Origin: Cycas panzhihuaensis
Lineage: Eukaryota > Plantae > Cycadophyta
Assembly: GCA_023213395.1 (NCBI GenBank)
Contig: CM041465.1
Coordinates: forward strand, 177,389,741 to 177,453,740
DNA: 64,000 nucleotides
Direction: 5' to 3'
Shown here: positions 53,438-64,000 of the stretch, piece after piece
Layout: each line of letters begins with the position of its first letter
Numbering within the stretch: the stretch's first letter is position 1
Translations under genes and position numbers: made by a program
The notes under the pieces: generated by a model
Seen by the model: the letters and a program-made list of their open reading frames with translations, nothing else
Told to the model about the DNA's origin: nothing
Databases searched by the model: none

Positions 53438-55440
53438 CCCAGTTCCTTTTCTATCATCCTTTCCTACTTCTGAGGAGAGGGCCTTCAAACACTCCCCCCT
53501 CCTTTAGAGTACTTTGGATCCCCAGATCAATTTGGGCCACTGTTTCCTTTTCCCTGGTCATCTTTTTAGATGGTCTTCCAACCCTCTTCTCAATCCCAAA
53601 GTTAGGAACCCTTTTTGGGTCCAGAGTGCCGCTTTTATCTTTAGAGATCCATTTTTGGATACCTCCTCCTACCTTCCCCTATACATCCCTTCTCCTAGCC
53701 CTCTCTGTTGCTTTCCCCGATAACCCCTCCCCTTGGTCTAGTTCCTGCACCCTCCCCTCCTTTACTTTTGAGAGGTAGTCTTCCTCATCCCAGTTAATCT
53801 CCTTCACTTGCCCAAACATAATTGGCTCTACCATCACAAGAGGCTCAACCATAATTTCACTAGCTTGACCATCGATCCTTGGAAGTCCCACTATCTGATC
53901 TTCAGTTCTCTCCACTATTGAGCCTTGTTCTTGAATCAGAGTTTGACCCATCACCTCTTGGGGCTTGATAGCATCTATGGCTGTGTCCTCAACTGTAATT
54001 TCACTAGCTTGACCATCGATCCTTTGAAGTCCTACTGTTTGATCTTCAGTGCTCTCAACTATTAAGCCTTATTCTTGAATTAGAGTCTGGCCCATCACCT
54101 CTTAGGGCTTGATAGCATCTGTGGCTGTGTCCTCACCTCTGGCCGCTTCTAACTCTTTTTCTTCTTTCTCTTTACTGTCCTCTCCCTTATCAGTATTTGG
54201 TAGGATTGGGAATCCTGGACATTGAAAGGGTAGATGGCCCCTACATTTGCATTTTGCACACCTGAAACCCTCTGCTTCGTAAAATATTCTTTGTTTAATA
54301 AACCTTCCTACCGATTCGATATCAATTTCTTCTGGGAGGTCACAGTCCAATCTAGCTAGGATGCAAAATCTGGCATTCATCAATCGGGATCTATTTTTTG
54401 TCACCTAATCTGACGTTAATAGGGGACCAATCATCCTATCCATGCCTTTAATCACCTCCAGATTCTAGAAATGAAGTGGTAACCCCGGTAGCTGCACCCA
54501 CACTGGTGCTTGTTTAACCATTGGGATTGCTAGATCAAAGTCTGAATGCCATTTTTCTAGAGACATGGATTTTCTGCCAAACATCTAGTGTGATTTTAAG
54601 ACGATGACAATCATATCCTCTTGATTTGAAAATCTAAAAAGGACACATCCATTTGGCATAGCCATCACCTCTACCTGATTCCTAGTTTTCCATTTGTTTC
54701 TTATCCACCCTCGAATAATATCCAGCCCCGGTCTAGGTCTGGAAAACCTACCCACCAAACTATTCTCCCAGTATTGAATGGTTTTCTCAGTTAACTCCTT
54801 CAGAACTATAATTTTAAACTAGTTGTCTTTCAGCATAGGGTAAATTTCATATTCTTCAGAGTTTCCTCCTTTCAGGGCATCAAGGTAAGTCCTTCCCATA
54901 GGAGAGGACTGAGTCTGATTTGTTTGTTCTTTCGTCATTTTAAATAACTAATACAAAATCTAAAAACAAAGCTTCATGCACTCACCACTCTTTTGAGTCC
55001 ATGGATTTGATCCTTGGCATTTCTTCCTTCCTAGAGTACTAGCTCATAGCCTTTAGTTACAATTTCCATCCAATTCTTCCTCGTGTGATCTGCCTTTCGT
55101 AGAACATAAATCCTTTCCCAGTGGACCCGTATACTCAAATGTGCTTCCTACCACCTCCTGAAATCCCTAACATCAATTTCCCCCTTCGTCTCTCTGTTAT
55201 TGTCTCTGCCTATTGTTCTAGTTTACCTTGAAACCTACTTTGCACCATAAATCCTACGGGGATATCTCCCTTGGAGCCACCTCGCTCTTGAGGCTACCCA
55301 TCTGGACCATCTGAACTAGGAGCGTCCTCCTCCTTACTTCAGCTCTTCATAAGGGCTAAGTTGCTTGTCTGAATCCCTTTGGGGTCCATTGGCCCCTCTA
55401 TATGCTCCGCGTCTAGCCGTTAAGGGGTGCCATGATGCCC
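53430..55440 (-). pseudogene. L1 ORF1 (DUF4283 plus CCHC knuckle), disrupted; start approximate
   Basis: LVGRFSRPRPGLDIIRGWI, PVWVQLPGLPLHF, RCAKCKCRGHLPFQC. Confidence 0.8.
53852..54135. repeat. Two ~144-bp tandem units within L1 ORF1
   Basis: Units begin taatttcactagcttgaccatcgatcc at 53852 and 53996. Confidence 0.9.
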
Positions 55441-58400
55441 TGTAGTTGAAGCTTGCTCATGGGTCTGTCTCTGGTACCTAGACCAGCCGCCACCTCTTCG
55501 TGCTCCCCGTTTGAACCTTAGCTTACCAGTCACCTCTGTCCCCTTATAGGCTACCCTTATCACTTAAACTCTTATCTCATGAATCTCTTGTTAAAGTTAC
55601 TATCTAGAATATTTTTAAGATCATGACTTCTTATAACCCATTTTAGATCTTGTCTTTGTTATTTATTTGAACTTGCATGTTGAATCGTATTTAGAATTGT
55701 TTTCCTTCCTGAGGCTCCAATTTCAATTATAACTTCCTTACCTTTGTCATCTTTAGTCTTATATTCACCATGTTTATCAAAAATAGCGTCTTTGTTGACA
55801 AAGAAAACCTTTACAATTGGATCATATAGTTTGTAGGCCTTTTGCCCACCTGGGTAGCCTACAAAGATACACTTGATACTTTTTCTTTCTAATTTTATTA
55901 TTTTTTAATAAGAGATATGGGTATAAGCGACACGACCAAACACTCTTAGATTGCTTACATTAGGCTTTTTACTTGTCCATGCTTCTTCAGGGGTCATATC
56001 TTTTAATGCTTTAGTCAGACTTCTATTTAGTAAATATACATCAGTATTTATTGCTTCATTTCAAAAGGAGTCATCTAACCTTTCTCCCTTCAACATACAT
56101 CTTGCCATTTCCATAATGGTCCTTATCTTTCTTTTAGCTATGCCATTTTGTTGGGGAGTATAAGGAGTTGTAAATTATCTCCTTATTCTAACTTTGCTAC
56201 AAAAAACTTTAAAATCATTAGAGATAAATTCTCCCCCATTATCTCAATAAAGAATTTTAATTTTGAATCCACTTTGTCTTTCAGACATAGCTCTAAATTC
56301 TACAAATTTCAAGAATGTTTCTAATTTTTCCTTAAGGAAGTAAACCCAAAATTTCCTTCTGAAGTTATCAACCAAAATCATGAAATATCTTACTTTTCCA
56401 TGTGATACATTCTTCATGGGCCCACACAAATCAATGTGAACTAACTCTAGTAGAGCTTGAGATTGAAAGTTGGATTCAAAAAATCTATTTTTATGTTGTT
56501 TTCCAAAAACACATCCTTCACAAATATCATTGTTGCCTTAGATAAATGAGAGACCATTAACCATTCCTTTCTTTCTCAAGTTGATAAGGTTACCATAATT
56601 CAAATGTCCATAACGAAGGTGCCATAAAGTACTATCTTCACTGGCTGATGCATTCAAAGCAACATTTTGAGGACATAGAACTAACTTGAACAATCTATCT
56701 TCAGTCATTGTCCCTTTAGCAACTAAAGAAAATTTTCTTTTCTTATCATAAAATTTATATTCATCATTATTAAATACTAATGTGAATCTTTGCTCCATCA
56801 TTTGGCCAACTGACAACAGATTCTTCTTTAATCAATGAACAAGCAAAATATTATAAATATCCTTGTTTTGTCCATCATTTGTTTTAATGGAGATAGTTCG
56901 TTTTCCTTGAACTTCTTGAGTATTGTCATCTCTAAATACAACTTTCCCTTTCTGATCCTTATCAATTTTTAAAAATGATTTAGTATTGTAAGTTATATGA
57001 GTTAAGCATCCAAAGTCAATAAACCATTTATCATTTGTCAAAGAAATTTCCATTAAGCTAGTATAGAATAAACTCTCACCTTTTGATGAATCATCTTGGG
57101 TATCTGTAATTGTGTTTGCTGAGTAACAGTTTCTAGCTAGATGCCTAAACATCTATAATATTGAGGTCCATAATCTCTTCCTCTTCCTTGAGAAGCACCT
57201 CTAGTTAGAGATGAAGAATTCCAACCCCTTTCTTGACTTGGTCCTATAAACTTCGAACCTCTTCCTTGACTTGGTCCTATAGAATTCCAGCCTCTTCCTT
57301 AACTTGGTCCTATAGTATTCCAACCTCTTCCTTGATTGAGTCCTCTTGATCTTCCTCTTGAGTACTGAAGGCTTTGATACATATTTACTTCTTGAGATTG
57401 ATTCAAACCTTGAATGATATATTATTTAACCCTTTTCCTTAAGTTAGAAGTTAAGGATAAGGCTTGATCCAAATCTTTATTTATAGCCTTATTTTTACTC
57501 TTTTCTTCTATATTGAGTAATATAGATAATAATTGATTAACCTTTAAGGTAGATAAGTCTTTTTCCACTTCAATGGTAGTTGTAATATTTTTAAATTTAC
57601 TGATTTCACTTACACTTCTCAGTATTTTCTCGACCATTCTCTATTGAGAGATCTGTTCTCCTAAATATACCATTTGATTAACTAGATCTTGCATCTTTGT
57701 AATGAATTCATTAATTGCATCTGAAGGCATCATCCTTAAATTTTCATAGTTTAATCTTAGATTCTAAAGTCTTTGAGGTATAATCGCTTCATAACCAATT
57801 TTTAAGATGTTTTAGGCTTAATGGGAGGTAAAGGCTCCATATATGTGAGGAAAACTTTACTCAGCTATGGACATATATATAATCAAGAGTGCATCACTAT
57901 CCTTCCTTAATAGCTCTTCCTTTTCTAACTCTTGATCAAATGTTAATTTCATGTTAGGTGAGGGTGGTTGAGGTAGAGTAAGACCATGAGAAATGATGTT
58001 CGACAAACCCTTTGATTGTAAAATATTTTGTATTTGACTTGACCATGGAAGATAGTTAGATCCATTGAATTTTGGTAGAGACTATCTAATTTGATATACT
58101 GCCATACTTTCTAGGCCCTAAAAGGTAGCTTATAATAGCCTCCCAAAAAAGACTCTAAAAAATAAAGAAAATTTGTCTAAGATTATAAAGTCAAGGATGA
58201 ACCAAAATAAGTTAATAAATATAAAAATGAAAATCTTGAAGTGAAATGGTGATAATAAATATTAGAGTGAAATATAATGACTTGAAATACAATAGGTTGA
58301 TTTGAAATATATCAAGAAACATAAATGAATGATGAATTTGATCGAAATAAAGATTAATCAAGAATTAAATGTGGTAAACAACTCATAGCGCGCAACATAA

Positions 58401-59526
58401 TATGCAAAGAGAGAAAGAGGATAGAATCAATGATACAAAGGTGGATGCTATGGCTGCAACTTAGAATCACATAAAATCAACCTTATAAAAATCAAAATGG
58501 CAAACTACAATCTATTAAAGATTCATGGAGACGAGCTTCTATAATCAAACAAAGGCGGTGACTTAGATTATGATCAACAATGATAAAAATTTGATAGCTA
58601 CCAATAAAGTCTTTATGATTAAATAAATCAGATGTGATAATATAATCAAGCGAATAAACTAAATATATCAAATTAATGAAATGATCACCATGATGAATTA
58701 AGGACAACATAACTATTATGGATCTTTGGCAGGAGATCAAACCAAATGTATTACCTTAACCAATGCTTCTTATGACAGATTAATGTGGACAAACATCAAT
58801 GCTATAATGGGCGAACATCAAGGCGATCAAACTAAATGTATTAACTTAATCAACACTTCTTGTAATGGATTAATGTGGGTGAATGTCAATGCAGTTAGAG
58901 GAATATAATAGTTTAACAGTAATGATTAATAGTGATACAAAGGAATCCATAGTGACATTACTCATAAACGACGACTATTAATATTAATGTGTTAGATAAT
59001 GATGACTGAGAGGTTCACATAGTTTGAATCATGGTGATGTGGGTATAAACTTAATCAAGATGAAATGTAGATACTTTGAGGCACAACTAAATTCAATAGG
59101 GGAGATCAGGATTCTAACCAAATAGCTAATTAGCTCCAAACAGGTGGGAAACATCAATCCAAAATAAAAAGACAAGCAATAAACATTGTAGAAAATGTAC
59201 ATATATAAATAAAAATTGTTACAAGCAAATTAGAAGGAAAACATATGACTCAATACCACAGACACAACTAATAGACTTCAAATAATTTTAGCATATAGGA
59301 AGATAAATACATAGTTAAAAACAAAGAATAAAATAAGAAAAATAAGAAATAAAATGAGAGATAAAACAAGGACTAATGAATAATAAGGTATCTTTGATTG
59401 GGCATAAGTAGAGAAACATTGGTAGAATTGTTGAAACTCAACCTCAACGTATATATGCCTCCTTTGATCAGATTTTGAATATGATACTACAAAAGAAGAG
59501 ATACTTTAGACCTTGCACTGATCCTA

Positions 59527-59741
59527 TGTAGGATTTGAATAACTCAATCAACTAGCAAAAAACCCGAGGATCGCAAATAGTATTACAAGATACCTTTAAT
59601 ACAATTGGATAAATTTTACAAAGTATAATATGATTTACATACTTATAAAATCATGAGTATAAAGATTTGTAAGCCAATCACTAGTACAAATGTGCATTAC
59701 AAAGCTGACCACAAAGGTGTATTATCAATTATATTCTAACA
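59527..59741 (-). repeat. 5' LTR of Copia G
   Basis: tgtagg...ctaaca, adjacent to the PBS. Confidence 0.9.
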
Positions 59742-60383
59742 CCGAAGTAGTAAGAGCCCTATTCAGATTAAAAGCTACAAATAGGTAACTCTTACCATAT
59801 TATTTTCTTTTTATTACATCTAGAAGTAAATCTAAGTGATTTTCTTAAGCATTTTCTTCTTATTTAATAGGTTTCTTTGAGCATTATTTCCTATTTAAAG
59901 TCATTTGCCTTCTTGAATGCTTCAAAGAGTACACCTGTGATCCCAAAAGAGCTTAGTTTGGTGAAGAAATCAATTATCAATCTTTCCTCCTTGAGATCCT
60001 GGGAGTTAGTGTAGAAAGCTCAATAACATCAAAACAACAATGAGCCCATGAAAGGAAAATTCTACACCAAACCAATTATACTTGACATTGATCCAAAAGT
60101 ATGAGGAGTAATACTTTTATTAAACCATGAAAATCTCCATTTAATGGTGGAGAAATCAACTAGAAAAAGAATGGTAAAATTACAAGGAATAAATGTTACA
60201 ATTATACCATAAGGGGGACTCCAACCCTCCAAATGCTTCTCCAAGGATGCTTCCCAAGTCAAGTCTCCAAGAACCACCTCTCCAACCTGTAGAAGGGCTC
60301 AATTTATAGAAAGAAACCTAAATTTCATGTTTAACAAGTGGCAATCATGCAAGTATAACCACTAACCACCAGAATGCATGTTG

Positions 60384-60776
60384 TCCAAGTGGCCTTCATA
60401 CAATTCTTAAAAAGTTACAGTTTGTAACAGATCTTAACGTACTCCAATTTGGCTCAAATTTTGTACACATATAGGAACATATGTCCCCTCAGTTTACTCA
60501 AAGTTTCAGCTCATTTGGATGTCATTTGGCTGCATTTTTATTCATTTAATAATAATATGTATTTGTTATTTTTCTGCTATCCAAGTGGCCTTCATACAAT
60601 TCTTAAAAGTTGCAGCTTGTAACTAACCTTAACGGACTCCAATTCAGCTAAAATTTTGTACACGTATAGGAACGCATGTCTCCTCCGCTTCCTCAAAATT
60701 TTAGCTCATTTGGATGTCATCTGGCCATGTTTCTATTCATATAATCAAAATATATATTTTCTATTTTTTTCTGCTA
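60384..60776. repeat. Two ~196-bp tandem units inside the Gypsy LTR
   Basis: Units begin tccaagtggccttcatacaattctt at 60384 and 60580, and both end ttctgcta. Confidence 0.9.
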
Positions 60777-63012
60777 ACTGTGGGATTAATTTTTATGCAA
60801 AGACAAGGCTTGAACTCTAATCAAATGATATTTTCTGAACCCCACCTTTTGTACACATCTAGTGAGATGTGTCTTATCCCTTTAAACAAAATTTCATAGA
60901 ATTTTGATACCATTTGGCCAAATCTCTTTTAGTTATGCCAATGCCTAGCATTTTTCGCATCCTCAGAACATATGGTAGATCCTCATGGATCATGGCTCCC
61001 CCTTCCTTGGAAAATAGCCAACTCCTGTTTGGCTTAGAATTGCAGATGGGGGAAGTGTTGTTCTCCTCGTTGCCTACTAAACCACTTGGCCTTACTAGGC
61101 AATTGCCCTGCTACTCCAATCCTGAAAGATTCATGTGTCTTATGTCTTGTTTTGGTAGATTTTCTCTCAAAGATACAATCTTCCTTGAGAGGCTCCTCAC
61201 TTTCCAAATACAAATCATCAACTGAAGGTAAAGTGAACTGGTCCTGTTCCTCATCTAGCATGGAGGGCTCAAAGAGTTTTAAGTATTCAGCATTTACTAC
61301 TGAATATATTTGCATATAAGGTGGAAGATCAAGTTGGAAAGCATTACCACCTACTTTTCTCAAAATCTTGAATGGTCCATACCTTATAGGTTTGAGTTTC
61401 TTACCTTCTCCTTTTAACCTCTCCTTGCTCAAGTATAACCATACTAAATCTCCTTCTTGGAAAGTACACTCTTGCCTATGCTTGTCATGTCTTTCCTTGT
61501 ACTTTTGTTGAGTCCTTAGAAGTTGATCATGTACTTCTTTGTGGACTCTCGGATCTTCTCCAAGTATCTTAAAGCCTTGTCATGCTCCTCCTTCTCTTTG
61601 ACGGATCCTTCCTTAGCTTGCATGGAAAACTCTAAGTCAAATGGACTTTGAGGTAAGTATACCAAACAAACTTCAAAAGGTGCTTTAGAGTGTGATGCAT
61701 GCATTGCTCTATTAAAAGCAAATTGTAGAAAAGCCAATGATTCATCCCAAGTCTTTGGATGCTTGGAATTGTATCCCTCAATAGATGTACCAAAGTTCTG
61801 CTCACTACTTGGTTTGTCCATCCGTTGAGGATGGAAACTTGTACTCCTCTTCAATTTGGTATCCATCATCTCCCATAGTGACTTCCAAAATGATGAAAGG
61901 AATCGAGTGTCCCGATCCGAAATGATGGAAGAAGGCAAGCCAAAATTCTTCCATACATGCTCGAAGAATAACTCACCGCCTCTGCACTGTGATTGTCTTC
62001 TTACAAGGTATTAGACATATCATTTTACTAAACCTATCTACAACAACAAAAGATAATCATGTCCCTTCCTAGTCATGGGAAGTCCCCTAAAAATCAATGG
62101 AGATACTTTCCCAAGGCCTAGGGAATAGGTAGTGGTGTATACAATCCTAATTTTCTAGAAGAAGGCTTAGAAGTATTACACATTACACATCCTTTTACAT
62201 ATTTTTACATCATTTTGCATTTTTGGCCATACAACATATCTTCTCAAGTTTGCTAAAGTATTCTCTATACCAAAGTGACCAGTTACTTTAGAAGTATGGG
62301 CTTCTCTAAGCCACTTGATCTTGTCTCCTTTTGATGGAACATAGAGTTGCTCCCCTTTGAAAAGTAGACCATCCTTCCAAGCAAGCGGGAAGGTCTTCCT
62401 TCGCTAGGTTTTCTAATTCTTCCTTCAAAGCTTCATCTTCATGGTACAAGTCTTTGTACTCTTCATGATGCATTGGTTCCACCAGCAAACTCATAAGAGA
62501 ACTACAAACAAAAGTAGAAGAAGAAGTGGAACAAGGTGGACTAGATAACATATTAGCAATTTTGTTATTAGATCCCTTTTATACTTAATTACAATATTGA
62601 ATTGTTGTAAATAACTCATCCACTTCATGTGTCTTGCTTCGTAATTTACTTTGAGTTTGTAAAATTGAAGAGGCTTATGATCGGTATGAACTACAACCTC
62701 TTTTCTCGAAAGGTGTATGACCTCCAATGCTTGCATGCTTGATGAAGTGCGAACATTTCTCGATCATATGTTGGGTAGTTCTTCACTTGAGGGGTGAAGA
62801 CTTCCCAATGGTAATAGGCTTCCCATCTTGAATAAGGACGACTCCCATCGCATTTCCACTTGCATCGACTTCTACTTCAAAAGGCCTTTACAAATTTGGC
62901 ATTGCCAAAACCTAGTTTTCACAAATTTTCTTCTTTAAAAGAAGAAAGGCTTCTTCCTCCTTGGAACCCCAAGTAAACTTTCTACTAGATTTTGTCAATC
63001 CATGGAGAGGTG

Positions 63013-63990
63013 TCAGAACTGTGAGAAATGAAGAATGAACTTTCTCAAGTATTGACAAGCTCCTAAAAAACTTCTCACCTCTGTGATATTTGTTGGCCTA
63101 GGCCATTTGAGGATGGCTTGAGTCTTGAGTGGATCAATGCTCAACTTTCCTCCTCCAACCACAAAGCCTAAGAAGATTAAGTTCTCCTTGCCAAATTCAC
63201 ACTTCTTCATATTAAGCTTCAAATGATGCTTAGCCATAGTCTTTAAAACTTCTTCTATGTGCTGCAAATGTTCCTCCCATGTGTTGCTGAAAATCAAAAT
63301 GTCATCAAGATAGACAACAACATAATTATCTAAGTAAGGCCTTAATATTTCATTCATTAGCCTCATGAATGTTGCAGGAGCATTACATAATCCGAAAGGC
63401 ATAACCATCCATTCAAAGAGTCCTTGCTTTGTTTTGAAGGCCGTCTTCCATGTGTCCTCCTCCTTGACCCTAACTTGGTGATAACCACTTTTTAAATCCA
63501 ATTTAGTGAAATAACAAGCATGTTGAATTTGATCAAGCAAATCATCTATACGAGGCAAAGGGTAGCGATTTTTAATTGTAATTTTATTCAAAGCATGAAA
63601 ATCTATACACATTCTCCATCCTCCATCCTTCTTAGGCACCAAGACAATTGGTGACCCACAAGGTGAACATGAAGGTCTTATGACCCCTTGATCAAGCAAC
63701 TCCTCAACTTGCCTCTTTATCTCATTATTTTCTACAATGGAGTGCCTATACAAAGCAACATTAGGTAATGGTGCATCTCCTATAAGAGTGATTTCATGCT
63801 CTATCTTTCTCTTTGGTGGAAGCCCATCAACATGTTGAAATAGAATATCATACCTTGTCTTTAACTCCTCAACTTGTTGCATTTGTTTAGGTGATATAAG
63901 AAGAGTGTGACTAGAAGGACCTTCTTCATCTCTTGGCTCTTCTTTTCTCCTTACCATTAAGATGACAAATTTACCACATGCATTGATCAT
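63013..63990 (-). CDS. Gypsy pol reverse transcriptase segment (open frame; downstream pol is frameshifted)
   Basis: PKKDGGWRMCIDF, YPLPRIDDLL, LDLKSGYHQ, MPFGLCNAP, YLDDILIF. Confidence 0.85.
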   Translation of the reverse strand: MINACGKFVILMVRRKEEPRDEEGPSSHTLLISPKQMQQVEELKTRYDILFQHVDGLPPKRKIEHEITLIGDAPLPNVALYRHSIVENNEIKRQVEELLDQGVIRPSCSPCGSPIVLVPKKDGGWRMCIDFHALNKITIKNRYPLPRIDDLLDQIQHACYFTKLDLKSGYHQVRVKEEDTWKTAFKTKQGLFEWMVMPFGLCNAPATFMRLMNEILRPYLDNYVVVYLDDILIFSNTWEEHLQHIEEVLKTMAKHHLKLNMKKCEFGKENLIFLGFVVGGGKLSIDPLKTQAILKWPRPTNITEVRSFLGACQYLRKFILHFSQF

Positions 63991-64000
63991 CCTTTTGCTT

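Larger units (their letters stand above)
49081..55573 (-). mobile_element. Full-length L1-clade LINE
   Basis: Poly(A) tail (T12 at 49081); 14-bp TSD atcttgtgaatctc/atctcatgaatctc; ORF1 and ORF2 relics. Confidence 0.93.
47262..59741 (-). mobile_element. Ty1/Copia element G, full-length and decayed; contains an L1
   Basis: LTRs 47262-47476 and 59527-59741; PPT rc tgggggag; degenerate PBS 59515-59526; TSD ctgga/ccgaa. Gag from 58105, LWHLRYGHLN, integrase (56244-56429), RT/RNase H 47500-49060. Confidence 0.9.
44931..59937 (+). mobile_element. LTR element F (D-like, probably non-autonomous), interrupted by G and then by the terminal Gypsy; right boundary uncertain
   Basis: LTR 44931-45254 (tgttgg...cctaca) plus tt plus PBS tggtaccatagc, the same layout as D. 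Shares the leader motif gcccccagtc...tcatgtgacca with D (46493 vs 26567). Confidence 0.65.
59938..64000 (-). mobile_element. Ty3/Gypsy element, CRM-like chromovirus; 3' part only
   Basis: 3' LTR 59938-60992 with tgatcc...ggatca termini; PPT rc aaggaagggggagcca; integrase (SDRDTRF, YGPF), RNase H and RT. The lineage call rests on the TGAT/ATCA termini and is tentative. Confidence 0.88.

Noticed and set aside
49248-53723. Plus-strand ORFs over the LINE, and those over FtsH and the terminal Gypsy
   Set aside because: Antisense shadows of decayed coding sequence.

Overview
AT-rich, gene-free plant heterochromatin. A large-genome gymnosperm is my inference from the element types and the heavy C>T/G>A decay. 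Most of the window resolves into nested retrotransposons, and I could read the LTR, PBS, PPT and TSD boundaries of many of them directly. Nest 1: an old minus-strand Copia (H) holds Copia A (247-16619), which holds a non-autonomous Gypsy derivative B (3277-6305) and a chromovirus J (9778-16255). Nest 2: minus-strand Copia E holds Copia C (19920-32262), which holds non-autonomous Copia D (23548-~29065). A diverged ~2.8 kb duplicate of the A/H junction follows (38277-41052), then a ~1 kb (TA)n array. Nest 3: non-autonomous element F holds Copia G (47262-59741), which holds a full-length L1 LINE (49081-55573); a younger CRM-like Gypsy runs off the right end. No intact host gene is present. The main result is host-mRNA cargo in the leaders of the non-autonomous elements, antisense to the element. 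D carries an intronless, exactly circularly permuted FtsH7/9 segment with an apparent back-splice junction (ERSIT|VTLLY at 25894/25893), which looks like a fossil retrocopy of a circular RNA. B carries an intronless MPK3/6-type MAP kinase fragment. Exon boundaries and reference proteins are recalled from memory and need checking.
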